This document shows positions 22,450 through 35,270 of a DNA stretch of 35,518 nt, piece by piece. Position 1 is the stretch's first letter; each line of letters starts with the position of its first letter. The notes beneath the pieces are model-generated. The model ran no database searches. It saw only the letters and a list, made by a program, of their open reading frames with translations, and was not told the origin of the DNA. Position numbers and translations under genes: made by a program. The DNA comes from Chiloscyllium plagiosum (taxonomy: Eukaryota), in assembly GCF_004010195.1 (NCBI RefSeq), contig NC_057754.1, forward strand, positions 12,830,333-12,865,850. Direction: 5' to 3'.

Positions 22450-23815
22450 TCACGTGCAGATATACTGAGGAGGAAGTCACGTATATTTGACTGGGAGGAG
22501 GTGTCAGGAGACTGGAGGATTGACATTTCCAGCCATACTCTAAAGAGGGTTGTAAAGTCATTCCTGGCAGTTGCAGTTTAACTCTGGTGATGGGAGAGCT
22601 TTCAGCAAAAGTTATTTAGAATAAAGCTCGGAGTCATGTGGAAAAAGTTGGGGTGATTAGGAAGATTCAAAGGGAAATTGTGCATTAGTAACTCGCTGAA
22701 AGTTTTTGAATTAATGGAAAGGGTAGATGATGGAAGGCAACGTTGATGATGTGATATACATGGATTTCCATAAGACTTGCGAGGAAGGCTACAGGTCGTG
22801 GTACAAGTGGCAGTGGCAACTTAGACAAAAAAATGACTTGAGCATTAGGAAGGAGAAAGTAATGACCAATGGATATTTTTCCAGCTGGAGGAATGTTTGG
22901 AGTGGAGTTCCCAGGGGTTCAATATTGAGACCAACATGTTCCAGAAAGGAAGAAGGATAAGGATGGCAAAGCAAGGGGGCCTTGGATAACAAGGGGGCCT
23001 TAAATTTCATCAAAAAGAAAACAGAAGCATATGTAAAATTTAGGAAGGTAAAATTGAACAGGGTCTGTAAGGAATATAAAGAAAAGAGAACAAAAACTCA
23101 AACAGGGAATTCGGAGAGCAAGGAGGGGCCATGAAATTACCTTGGCAATTAGAGATAAAGAGAATCCCAAGGCTTTCCATACATAACTTCTCCCGAGTTA
23201 TCTTCTTATTTTTAATGTATGACCTGTGACCACTTAAAGATAAAGGAGGAAATGTGTACTTGGAGGCAGAGGGTGTTGGTGAGGTCATAAAAGAGTATTT
23301 TGCATCAGTATTCACCCAGGAGAAGAGTATGGAGAATAGTGAGATTTCTGTGCAGCATTTTGAGATCAAGAAATAAATACTACAGGGTCACCTGAAGATC
23401 ATACAAGTGAGTAAGTCCCCACGTCCTGATGGTATCTACCCCAGGTTATTGAATGGGGGAAGAGATTTCTGGGGTCTTCACAATGGTCTTTATATTCTCA
23501 TTAGCCGCTGGAGAGGACTCAAGGCCTGGTGATTAAGTAAAATTGTTCCTCTGTTAAAGCTTTGTGTTCAATTCTGGTTGCCACATAAGAAGAAATGGAG
23601 GCTTTGGAAAGGGCGCAGAAGAGGGAGACCAGGATGCTGCCTGGATTAGAGGATACGAGCTATGAGGAGAGGCTTAAAAACTTGACTTATTTTCTGTGAT
23701 GCAGAGGAGGCAGAGGGGAGACTTCATAGAAGTCTCTTCAATTGAGATAGAGTTGACAGTGAGAATCCTTTTCCATAGAGTTGATACGTCCAATAGTAGG
23801 GGGCATGCTTATTAC
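22450..23815 (+). mobile_element. Several old CR1 ORF2 fragments
   Basis: VDDVIYMDFHK, SGVPRGSIL, KSPRPDGIYPRL and LERAQKR-type remnants. Confidence 0.8.
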
Positions 23816-24339
23816 TGCCTGACTGCTGATTCGGAATTCACAAGATTCTACTCCCATTATTGTGGCTAAAAACAGCTGTTTGGAAAATAGCTAACTGCAG
23901 CAGTTGTCTGAACATTTTCCTTTGCTTTTAAATGAACTTCAGACTCATGTTATGTAAACATGTTTAATAAAATGTACTTTTCATGTCAGTTTTAGATATT
24001 TTCTTCTTTTCCTCATTAACCCTGAACTGTAGATGGGAAGCTTGGAGGTAGTCTAGAAGAGCAGCGAAGAAAGCACATGAGATTAGATTAGTGGTTAACC
24101 AAACTAAGTGGTGTTTGGTAAGTGCACACATAATAAAAGAAGGGGCTTTGTGGCACAGTTATAGTGTCTTTACCTCTTAGGCAGTGGTTCAAGCTCCGCC
24201 AATTCTGTTACAGGTTACTTACAAAATATCTTTAAATAGTGAATGGGCCATTATAGTTAAGAGTGGGAACAAGGTAAAGAATGGAGACTGAGGACATGGC
24301 TGAGTTAATAAATGAGAACACTGCAATTTTTCATTTCAG

Positions 24340-26060
24340 TCGGAGTAAACTTTAGAGCGAAATCAGGAGGGCAAAAAGAAGACATGAGATAGCTTTGGCA
24401 AATAGAATTAAGGAGAAGCCAAAGGGTTTTTGCAAATACATTAAGGACAAAACGGTAACTAGGGAGAGAATAAAGCCCCTTAAAAATCATCAAGGCGGTC
24501 TTTGTGTGGAACCACAGGAGATGGGGGAGATATTAAACGAAGCTTTTCCATCAGTATGCACTGTGGAAAGTGATATGCAAGATATAGAATGTAGGGAAAT
24601 AGATGGTGACATCTTGAAAAATGTCCATATTACAGAGGAGTAGTGCTGGATGCCTTGAAATGCATAAAAGTGGATAAATCCCCAGGACCTGAATAGGTGT
24701 ACCCTAGAACTCTGGAAAGCCAGAAAATTGTAAGCTGGGCTTCTTGCTGAGATATTTGTGTCAATGACAATCACAGGTGAGGTGCTTGAAGACTGGAGGT
24801 TGCCTAACGTGTTACCACTGTTTAAGAAAGACGATAAGGACAAGCCAGGGAACTTTCGACCAGTGAGCCTGACATCGGTGGGAATCCTGAGGGACAGGAT
24901 GTACATTTATTTGGAAAGGCAAGGACTGATTAGGGATAGTCAACATGGCTTTGTGCGTGGGAAATCATATCTCACAAATTTTATTGAATTTTTTGAAGAA
25001 GTAACAAAGAGGGCTGATGGGGGCAGAGCGGTAGACATGATCTATATGGACATCAGTAAGGCGTTCGACATGGTTCCCCATGGAGACTGGTTAGCAAGGT
25101 TGAGATCTTACGGAATACAGGGAGAACTAACCATTTGGTTACAGAACTGGCTCAAAGCTAGAGGACAGAGGGTGGTGGTGGAGGGTTCCTTTATGGACTG
25201 AAGGTCTATAACCAGTGCAGTGCCACAAGGATCGGTGCTGTATCCACTACTTTTCATCATTTATATAAATGATCTTAATGTCCACATAAGAGGTATGGTT
25301 AGTAAGTTTGCAGGTGGCACCAAAATTGGAGGTGTAGTGGACAGTGCAGAAGGTTAATTCAGATTACAATTGAATCTTGATCAGATAGACCAATGTACTG
25401 AGAAGTTTAATTGAAATAAATGCGAGGTGCTGCATTTTGGGAAAGTAAATCTTAGCAGGACTTATGCACTTAATGGCAAGGTCCTAGGGAGTGTTGCTGA
25501 ACAAAGAGACCTTGGAGTGCAGGTTCATAGCTCCTTGAAAGTGGAGTCACAGGTGGATAGGATAGTGAACAAGGAATTTGGTATGCTTTCCTTTATCGGT
25601 CAGAGTATTGAGTACAGGAGTTGGGAGAAAGTGAGGACTGCAGATGCTGGAGATTAGAGCTGAAAATGTGTTGCTGGAAAAGCGCAGCAGGTCAGGCAGT
25701 ATCCAAGGAGCAGGAGAATTGACGTTTCGGGCAAAGTCTTTTCCCTGGGTTCCGGGAGTCCTGAACTAGAAGGCATAGGTTAAGAGTGAGAGGGGAAAGA
25801 TATAAAAGAGATCTAAGGGGTAACCTTTTCACGCAGTGGGTGGTATGTGTATGGAATGAGCTGCCAGAGGAAGTGGTGGAGGCTGGTACAATTGCAACAT
25901 TTAAAAGGCATCTGGATGGGCATGTGATTAGGAAGGGTTTGGAGCGATATGGGCCAGTTTTTGGCAGTTCCGAGTAGATTGGGTTGGGATATCTGGTCAG
26001 CATGGACACGTTGAATCGAAGGGTCTGTTTCCGTGCTGAATATTTCTGATCTAGGACTCT
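24340..26060 (+). mobile_element. 5'-truncated CR1 LINE
   Basis: LANRIKEKPKGF, DWRLPNVLPLFKK, QHGFVRGKS, YMDISKAFD, WNELPEEVV and tail. Confidence 0.94.
25624..25736 (-). mobile_element. Penelope-like terminal fragment (3' half of hammerhead: GCCCGAAACGTC)
   Basis: Reverse complement is homologous to 4265-4330. Confidence 0.75.
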
Positions 26061-28199
26061 AAACAAAGGAAAGGGACCAAAAGGAGTGCAGCAGGCAGGG
26101 CACTCCCCTACTGTATTGTGAGTGCCTTCGGCCAATGCTCAAACTCGCGGGGTGACCCCTTTGGATTTAATGGGGCACCAGCAGTTACTCTCAGAGTTTA
26201 CCAAACTACGAGAAAAGATTGAAGCAGCAGTGGAACCACTTTCTGCCTGTAAAAGCATGAGAGGAGATTCAAACACTGGACTGAAGAGTAGAGGAGTGCA
26301 GAGGAGGAGAGGACCACGGTATCAGCCATCATAGCGGAGGTCTCAGTTTCGGGTCCTTCAGGAGCAAATGGGCGACCTGGAAAATAAAAATAGAATAAAA
26401 AACCTATGGATCTTGGGTCTTCTGGAACATGAGGGAGGCGAAGACCTTGTTGGCTTCCTGGAGATGGTGTTTCCGATGTTCCTGGGGCTCGAGTTGGAGT
26501 TGGGCCTGTTAAGTATGGAGCAGGCCCACTGGATCACAATGTGCAGGTCTGGGTCGGACATGCATCCCCACGCGCTCCTCGTGTGACTCCTGCATTATAA
26601 AGAATAACCAGTAGTGATTGAAATAGCAAGAAGACTGGGACGAGATACATAGGTTTCAACATTCAAAGGCTTAAGCCTAATGCTTTTTCAGAAGTCATAA
26701 TAAAGAAGAGAAGTGCATTTGATGAAGTTAATGGAAAATAAAGGGACCTGAACATTCAATAATCCTTGAGATACCTGGCTGTGCTCTTTCGCTCATGGAG
26801 GGACGATATATAATTTTGATTCTACAGAAAAGTGAAGGACTTTGTGAATTGTCTGAATTAAAGGACTCGGTCGTGGTGGCAGGGGGAAGAGGACATCATT
26901 ACGGACAAAAAGAAAGTTTTGCCCCTTCTTTTTTCTCTCTCTCCGTTTTCTGTGGTTAGCTGCTTTATGAGTACTGCCTTGCTGTAAAACCGGAATTATT
27001 TCATATAGCGGGTATTATCTGCGACCATTTTTAACTGCGTTTTTGGATTGGACTTGTGGTTAAGATGTGTGGGTGGGGGGATGGGCATCCCTTGTTAACT
27101 CTCTAAATGTAAATAACAGGTTTTCCACGTTTGTGTATTGCCTGGCGCTAGGACAAGGCATTAGCTAGAGAGAGTTGGGATGGTAGCAAAGATTGGGAGG
27201 AGTATCCCCTATGGGCAAGGGGGGAGATCTCTAAGAAATTGAGGGTTATTAGGGTGTTTGCTTAGGTTTAATGTCATGGTTAGTTTTTTTTAGCTGTGAG
27301 TAGTTTTTAAAGGAGTAATTTATTAGACTTTATAGAGTTAATCTTTTTGTTGCTCGCCACATCTCAGATAAGCTCGCTCCTCTTGGGAAACCACAGGCTG
27401 CCCTAGATGAACGTAGTTAGTGATTTGTTCAGGTGGTGCACCAGGAATGTAAAAGGGAACCATAACCCCATTAAAAGAAAGAAGGTGCTGTTAAGCCTTA
27501 GAAAGGAAAGGGTGGACGTCGCCCTGCTGCAGGAGACACATTTAACTGATAAGGAATATCTGAAGATGCAGCAGGGGGTTATAATAGGGTATTCTTCTCC
27601 TTCTTTACCTCTCAGAGAAGAGGAGTGTCTGTACTGGGAATATCCCATTCCAGGTAACTGAGCAAATTAAGGACGAACATGGCTGGGTTATCATTCTTAA
27701 AGCTCTTGTACATGGAGAACAACATGGCGTCCTGAATGTGTATTGTCCCCCAGCACACACTCATACATTAATTATTGATGTAGTCGATAATTTCATGAGT
27801 CTTGGGGTCCGCTGCACGATCATAGGAGAGGATTTTAATCGCCTAATGGATTTCAAGGTAGACAGGGTGCCAAAGGGCCCAGCAGGTACGCCCATGCAAT
27901 CTAAGCAGTTGATGGACGTGTGTGAGGAATTGGGATTAGTGTCTGGACACCTCCACATTAATGGAAGAAACCTTACTTTCTATTCCAACCCACACAACTG
28001 TCACACGTGAACTGACTTTTTTTTAATGCCATTGGATTGTTTGGACTGAACGTTGGCGTGCAAAATTGGGAATATTGCTGTCTCGGACCATGCACCAGTG
28101 TATTTAGGTATTAATATCAAGGGTGGTGGAATGGATGCACGGCACCGGTGCATGGACTAATTTCTGTTAAGGGATGGCAAATTAATTGAGTACATCAAG

Positions 28200-29639
28200 G
28201 ACAGTAGTGGGAGACTGTGCATTGAATCGGAAGAGATAGGATCGGTCTTGAATGAGTACTTTTCTTCAGTATTTACAAACGAGAGGGACCGTATTGTTGA
28301 AGAGGAGAGTGTGAAACGGACTGGTAAGCTAGAAGAGATACTTGTTAGGAAGGAAGATGTGTTGGACATTTTGAACAACTTGAGGATAGACAAGTCCCCC
28401 AGGCCTGACGGGATATATCCTAGGATTATGTGGGAAGAAAGAGAGGAAATTGCAGAACCGTTGGCAATGATCTTTTCGTCTTAACTGTCACCAGGGGTGG
28501 TACCAGGGGACTGGAGAGTGGCGAATGTTGTGCCCCTGTTCAAAAAAGGGAATAGGGATAACCCCGAGAATTACAGACCAGTTAGTCTTACTTCGGTGAT
28601 AGGTAAAGTAATGGAAGGGGTACTGAGGGATAGGATTTATGAGTATCTGGAAAGACAATGCTTGATTAGGGACAGCCAGCACGGATTTGTGAAGGGGAGG
28701 TCTTGCNNNNNNNNNNNNNNNNNNNNNNNNNNNNNNNNNNNNNNNNNNNNNNNNNNNNNNNNNNNNNNNNNNNNNNNNNNNNNNNNNNNNNNNNNNNNNN
28801 NNNNNNNNNNNNNNNNNNNNNNNNNNNNNNNNNNNNNNNNNNNNNNNNNNNNNNNNNNNNNNNNNNNNNNNNNNNNNNNNNNNNNNNNNNNNNNNNNNNN
28901 NNNNNNNNNNNNNNNNNNNNNNNNNNNNNNNNNNNNNNNNNNNNNNNNNNNNNNNNNNNNNNNNNNNNNNNNNNNNNNNNNNNNNNNNNNNNNNNNNNNN
29001 NNNNNNNNNNNNNNNNNNNNNNNNNNNNNNNNNNNNNNNNNNNNNNNNNNNNNNNNNNNNNNNNNNNNNNNNNNNNNNNNNNNNNNNNNNNNNNNNNNNN
29101 NNNNNNNNNNNNNNNNNNNNNNNNNNNNNNNNNNNNNNNNNNNNNNNNNNNNNNNNNNNNNNNNNNNNNNNNNNNNNNNNNNNNNNNNNNNNNNNNNNNN
29201 NNNNNNNNNNNNNNNNNNNNNNNNNNNNNNNNNNNNNNNNNNNNTCGTAGGAGGATAGGTTGAGAGTGCTAGGCCTTTTCTCCTTGGAACGGCGAAGGAT
29301 GAGGGGTGACTTGATCGAGGTTTATATGATGATCAGAGGAATAAATAGAGTAGTCAGTCAGAAACTTTTTCCCCGGGTACAACAGAGTGTTACAAGGGGA
29401 TATAAATTTAAGGTGAAGGGTGGAATATATGGGGGGATGTCAGGGGTAGGTTCTTTAACCAGAGAGTGGTGGGGGCATGGAATGCGTTGCCTGTGGGCAT
29501 GGCAGAGTCAGAATCATTGGTGACCTTTAAGTGGCAATTGGATAGGTACATGGATAGGTGCTTAAGCTAGGACAAATGTTCGGCAGAACATCGTGGGCCG
29601 AAGGGCCTGTTCTGTGCTGTATTGTTCTATGTTCTATGT
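28200..29639 (+). mobile_element. Younger CR1 inserted in L1 ORF2 (spans the N gap)
   Basis: Well-preserved CR1 ORF2 motifs and (TTCTATG)n tail. TCAAG at 28195-28199 and 29640-29644 is a possible TSD. Confidence 0.92.
28707..29244. other. Assembly gap (538 N)
   Basis: Run of N. Confidence 1.
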
Positions 29640-32600
29640 TCAAGAAAGTTCTGGGCCTTCTGGGATATCAACTTAGGTATGGCCAGTAATCCAGCAATAC
29701 TTTGGGAGGCCACGAAGGCATATTTAGGAGGCCTGATTATTTCTTTTTCAATGACTCGAAGGAGGCAGAGGGAGGAGCAGCAGCTGATGCTGGAGACCCA
29801 GCTGCAGATAGCTGAGGAAGTATATTATCATAGGCCTTCATTGGTCAAGCTGCAGCAGATCACAGACCTCTGGCCTGCTCATTACACACACACGTGGCAA
29901 AAACAGGAAACCTCTTTCACTAAACAAAGACTGTTTGAGTTTGGAGATAAGTCAGATACTTATCTGGCATTTCTGGCGAGAAAGAAAAATGGCTTGTCAA
30001 TCTATTATGTCTCTTAGAAAGAAGGTTGACACAGTTACCCCTGAGTTGAAGAAGATCAATGTTAGAATTAGGGAATACATTGCAGAGTTGTACTTGTCAG
30101 AGGGAAGCTATCACCGTGCAGCGAGAATGCAGTCCTTTCTGGAGAACATGGACCTCCCCGGTATAAATGCGGAGCAGGTTTCCCTATTGAATGCGCATAT
30201 GACAGTACAGGAGATGCAGGAAGCAATACAGCACCTTCAGGTTGGCAAAACACTGGGGACAGATGGATTCCCAAGTGAATTCTATTAGGACCAATTCCAC
30301 TGTTGAATGTAGACTTTAAAATTCTATCCAAATTGCTGACTCTGAGGTTGGAAAAGGTGTTACCCTATATTATTAAAAAGGATTTTATATCAAGAAGCTC
30401 ATCCAACAATTTCAGGAGGGTACTGAACAGACTGCCAGCAAAGCTTGATCCCGGGTTTGGTGGTCTCCCTGGACACACAAAAAAAGCGTTTGACCGGATA
30501 AAATGGCCGTACCTGTTTGGGGTCCGAGTGCACTTTGGGGCAGTGTGGATCCTTTCCCAGATCGGTGGCAGTATTATATAATGATTCAAAGGCGGCAGTC
30601 ATCACAAACGGCATTAAGTCAGATAACCTTAGTATTGGGAGAGGTAGTCGACAGGAGTGTCCTCTTTCACCACTGTTATTTACCTGAGAATGGAGCCGTT
30701 AGCTGAGGTTATTCGGAGGGATCCTAAAATAGTGGCTCCAGGGATAGGAACAAGGGAGTACAACATCACCCTATATGCTGATGACATCCTTTTGTTCTTG
30801 GCCAATCCAGAGGAGTCTGTTCCTTGATTGATTCAAACTATTAATTTATTTGTCAGTTTTTCAGACTACAGGTTCAACTTTACAAAATCGGAAGCCATGC
30901 CGCTGGGGGCGGGAGAGGGGGTTAGTGGAGCTTCCTGATCTGAAGGATAGAATGTAGTTCCCGTTTAGATGGTTATCACAATGTTTTTATTGTATTTGGG
31001 AATTTTTATTACCCCTGACTTACACCAGCTATATAAAGCTAACTATGTACAATTACTGGAGAGGGTAAAACAGGATTTGTAGTAGTGGGAGTGATTACCG
31101 TTATCATAGTTAGGCCGAATAGTCCTGATCAAAATGAATGTTCTTCCTCACCTGTTGTACCCCATGAGAATGTTCCCGTTGTTGCTACCCAGGCGATCGT
31201 TACAGAGGCTCAATGGTTGGCTAGAATCCTTTATTTTGTGTTGCAGGTGCCCCCTAATTAAATTAACAAATTGCAGCTCTCACTGGCTGGGGGGGGGGGG
31301 GGGGGGGGGGGTGGGGCGGACCTTCCGGATTTGAAGAGATATCAAATAAGCACCTTGTTAGCATATGTCATTGACTGGGTAAGGGAGGATTTGAAGTTAA
31401 TTTAGCTTGACGTTGAAACCTCGCAGTCGAGTTGTCCGCTAGTTAATTTATTGCTCATAGATAAGATTAAATCTGTGACCGAGCAGTGTTAGAGCCCAAT
31501 CATTTTAAATGCAGTGAAAGCCTGGAGGACAATGATGCAAGACGAGGGCAATTGGTCTAAGACCTCGTCGTTTACCCCGTTGACGGGTCCCAAGGATTTA
31601 AACCTGGGGCAATGAACTCTGGCTTTAAGGTATGGGAGAATAAGGGAATATCTTGTCTGGGAGACTTATTCGAGGTCTTGATGTCATTTAGCCAGCTAGG
31701 TCAGAAAAATGGATGTCTAATAGGGACCTTTTTAAGGTACGTTCAGGTAAGGGATTATATACAAAGGAAGTCCACCATCCTAGCTCAGTTTTACAGGTCG
31801 GACGTGGAGAAAAGAGTGCTGTAGTGTATGGGTTCTCTTTCTGTTAGTACTTTATATCATCTAGGACGTGCCTTCGGAGACGTGGAGGGACTCTGTAGGA
31901 AGTGCAATCCAGAGCTAGGAGAGGATATCTCATTGGAAGTATGGGAAAATGTAAGGAAAATTTCAGCATGTATCGAACTGCAGGCCATGCAATTGAAGAT
32001 TTTGCACAGTGCTCATAAGGCTGGAAAAGTTCAAAAGAGGAGTGTCACCATGGTGTCCCAAATGCAACATTAGTATAGGCACACTTACACACTGCTGCTG
32101 GTCATGTTGCAAGATCCAGAGAGATTGGAGTGCTACAGTAAGGGACATCCTTCATAGGGATTGAAGTTAAAGTGGATCCAGTACTTCTCCAGGGGTTGCC
32201 AAATTTGCCCTCTCTGGGGGAACATGGGAAGAGATTGCGCAGCATTCTTACCCACTGTGTGAGGAAGAACATTTTAATGAATTAGACGTTGGAAAAAACT
32301 CCAGGTCTTACTGGGTGGCGTAGGCTGGTGATGGAGCATCTCCCCCAAGACTATCTCACAAATATGGTGCACCACAAAACTGAGCTGTTTTACAAGACGT
32401 GGTGGCCCTTTGTAAATTATATTGACGCAGACTTATCAGCAATATTAATTAGGGCTGTGGTATAGATGTGGGAATCAGTATGGGAGCCGTTTGGGCCCTG
32501 TGAGTGGGAGGTTGGGGGAAAAGAATACGGGTACAATGACTGGTGCTCCCAGTGATGGGACCCTCAGTGGAGGTGTGGTGTGTGAAATAGAATAAAGTAG

Positions 32601-32855
32601 TGTGATACAACTTAATTAAAGTTGATTTTAATTCAGTTTAATTTAATTTTTATTTAATTTGTTTGTAGTTTAGGTTAAGTTAAGTAGTCACGTTTGTTCT
32701 GGTAGAATAGTAGTTAGTTTATTATTAGTAATATTGTGATATGACATTGTTGTACTGCCTTTATCTTTCTATATTTTCGTGTTATTCTTTCTAGCGTATA
32801 GTTGTTTTATAAAAGATTTGAAGAAGTTCCTAATAAATCTATTTTTATAACAAAA

Positions 32856-33077
32856 GGTGTATAGTTTGTTAGCTTTTATTGGTAGTGGGTTTGAGTTTCA
32901 GAACCATGAGGTCATGCTGCAGATGTACGAAACTCTGGTGTGGCCGCACTTGGAACATTGTATTCAGTTCTGGTCACAGCATTATAGGAAGGACATGGAA
33001 GCATTGGAAAGGGTTCAGAGGAGATTTACCTGGATGTTACCTGGTATGCAGGGAACGTCTTATGAGGAAAGGCTTGA
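32856..33077 (+). mobile_element. CR1 ORF2 C-terminal fragment
   Basis: LVWPHLEHCIQFWS...LERVQRRFTWMLPG. Confidence 0.9.
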
Positions 33078-33082
33078 TTAGG

Positions 33083-33306
33083 GTTGTAGTGATTAGGGTT
33101 GAATGAGTTTGAATTTTAAGGGACTTGACGCTGATTTTCCAATAGCCAGAAAATTAACTGCGGAAGACAAATTGGAAAAGTCGTGTTGAATTACTGATTA
33201 TAAATTCTTCCCGCTGTTCCAGAGAGTAACAATAGGACTTTAACATCACACATCAGTGCACTGTGTACGTTGTTGTGATTAGGGTTAAATGAGTTTGAAT
33301 TTTAAG
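33083..33306. repeat. 38-bp direct repeat with 186-bp period, containing TTAGGG
   Basis: GTTGT(A/T)GTGATTAGGGTT(G/A)AATGAGTTTGAATTTTAAG at 33083-33120 and 33269-33306. Confidence 0.85.
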
Positions 33307-33959
33307 ATTGTCACACCCACCTCAAATTTTCCTCCAGCCCAATCATTCCGGAGAGAATGGAGTTTGGACAGGGACTGAGCTCATCATCCCTTCTAAGAGA
33401 GCAGATGGAAGTCTGTAGTCATTTTTTGTTTTCAAGATAATTACTTGAGTGATTGCAACAGATTATTAAAGTTCATAGCTCCAAGTCTGGGAGGCACAGA
33501 ACACCATTACAAACATTGCTCCCAACTCAGTAACAGAACTGCTGATTGTACTGTCAATAAACCAAACTGTCCCTTTTTCCTTGGATTAAGTCATCCCTGC
33601 TCTAAGCATTGGACCAAATACTGATTGAAGCCACAACAGGACCAGAAAACAAGTTATCAGAACCTGACTAAGATTTCAAACAAGACTACTGCATGTGTCT
33701 TATACAACTGCAGCATGCAGAGTGTCAGTAGTGACAATGTGTGAAGGTGAGGCCTGCTGTGATGGACATGTGTACATGACAAATGTCTCAATGCACAGGG
33801 ATCAGGAGGACAAGTGTGAAGATTTGAATTGCCTGATCAGAGACGGTGAGAAAAGGGAGAATTTGCAGAAGGGATGGGAGTTAGATGAAGCTTTACAAAT
33901 CAAAACATGGCTCATATTCTTCAAATCCTTCGCTTAACAAAAAAAAAACTACCTCATTT

Positions 33960-34200
33960 AAACTGATCAACTGATCCAGTACCCACTGCCATTTGTATAA
34001 GATAGTTCCAAAACTCCCCTTCCCTTTGTATGTGAAATGCATCCAAGCATCTCCACTGAACGCTGTGGCACTAATTCTCAGGCTATGCTCCCTCATTTTA
34101 GAATCTCCAACCAAGGGAAATAGTTTCTCTTTTCCTGTTAATACGTTGCAGGACTTCACTCAGATCATCCCCTAACCTTCAAAATTCTCTCAAAAACAGG
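33960..34200 (-). mobile_element. Old CR1 3' fragment
   Basis: EKLFPLVGDSKMREHSLRI resembles CR1 LFP..G.S.TRGH.L. Confidence 0.65.
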
Positions 34201-34211
34201 CTTCATTTGGA

Positions 34212-34305
34212 TACCAAAAACAGAAATAGCTCAGCAGGACTGGCAGCATCTGTGGGAGAGAAAGAAGGGTTAAAATGTCAGCCCCAGTGATCCTTCTTCA
34301 GAACT
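34212..34305 (-). mobile_element. Penelope-like terminal fragment with a decayed hammerhead
   Basis: Minus strand AGTTCTGAAGAAGG...GATGCTGCC...CCTGCTG is similar to 4252-4330; the GAAAC half is mutated. Confidence 0.55.
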
Positions 34306-34654
34306 AACGAGCCTGATCTTTCATCATATCCTCACACCGTATGAAACTGGAACAGATGACAGAACACTGAGATCAGAGAATGCTGAAGCAGCAGTGACGT
34401 TGGGAGCCTCTGTCAGTGGAGAATTGTACCGATAATGCTGCCCAGTGAACTGCTTTCAGTGTTACAGTGTCTGGAGAAGGCTGATCAGTCAGTGAGCTGC
34501 GAACATTATTGTTCAAAAGATAACCCCAGAGAATAGATCAGCAGCAGATTAAAACAAGTTCAATTCTCAGAATGCCATACCAGGGATGCCAATAAAATCA
34601 AGGATGGTGTAGAACACCTTCTCCGCGTGTTGAATTGGTTGATGCATTTTTCTA

Positions 34655-35270
34655 CATAGAACATAGAAGAATACAGCGCAGTACAGGCCCTTTGGCCCAC
34701 GATTTGGGGCGATCCAAGCCCACCTAACCTACACTAGCCCACTATCCTCCATATGCCTATCCAATGCACGTTTAAATGCCCATAATGAAGGAGAGTCCAC
34801 CACTGCTACTGGCAGGGCATTCCATGAACTCACGACTCGCTGAGTAAAGAACCTACCCCTAACATCTGTCCTATACCTACCCCCCTTACTTTAAAGCTAT
34901 GCCCCCTTGTAATAGCTGACTCCATACGTGGAAAAAGATTCTCACTGTCGACCCTATCTAAACCCCTAATCATCTTGTACACCTCTATCAAGTCACCCCT
35001 AAACCTTCTTTTCTCCAATGAAAACAACCCCAAGTGCCTCAGCCATTCCTCATACGATCTTTCTACCATAACAGGCAACATCCTGGTAAAACTAATCTGC
35101 ACCCGTTCCAGTGCCTCCACATCCTTCCTATAATATGGCGACCAAAACTGCACACAGTACTCCAGATGCGGCCGCACCAGAGTCTTATACAACTGCAACA
35201 TGACGTCAGTACTCCGGAACTCAATTCCTCCACCAATAAAAGCTAGTACGCCATATGCCTTCTTCACCGC
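34655..35270 (-). mobile_element. 5'-truncated CR1 3' end
   Basis: 145-aa ORF LVRPHLEYCVQFWSP..RGDLIEVYK and (CATAGAA)n tail. Confidence 0.95.

Larger units (their letters stand above)
26060..32855 (+). mobile_element. Near full-length decayed L1-clade LINE
   Basis: ORF1 DLENKNRIKNLWILGL..QAH (to ~26861). ORF2 from 27407: NVKG, LQETHL, NVYCP, GEDFN, SDH; RT NVDFKILSK, KKAFD, CPLSPLL, LYADD; C-terminal CPKC..H...SC. AT-rich 3'UTR with AATAAA at ~32832. Confidence 0.92.

Noticed and set aside
28497..29263. Long 253-aa and 186-aa ORFs
   Set aside because: Their length comes from translating through the N gap.
33083..33306. CRISPR array or interstitial telomere
   Set aside because: Only two repeats in vertebrate DNA, and TTAGGG is not tandemly arrayed.
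34420..34450. CTDNAA resembling a hAT transposase motif
   Set aside because: Six residues followed closely by a stop, with no other hAT motifs or terminal inverted repeats.
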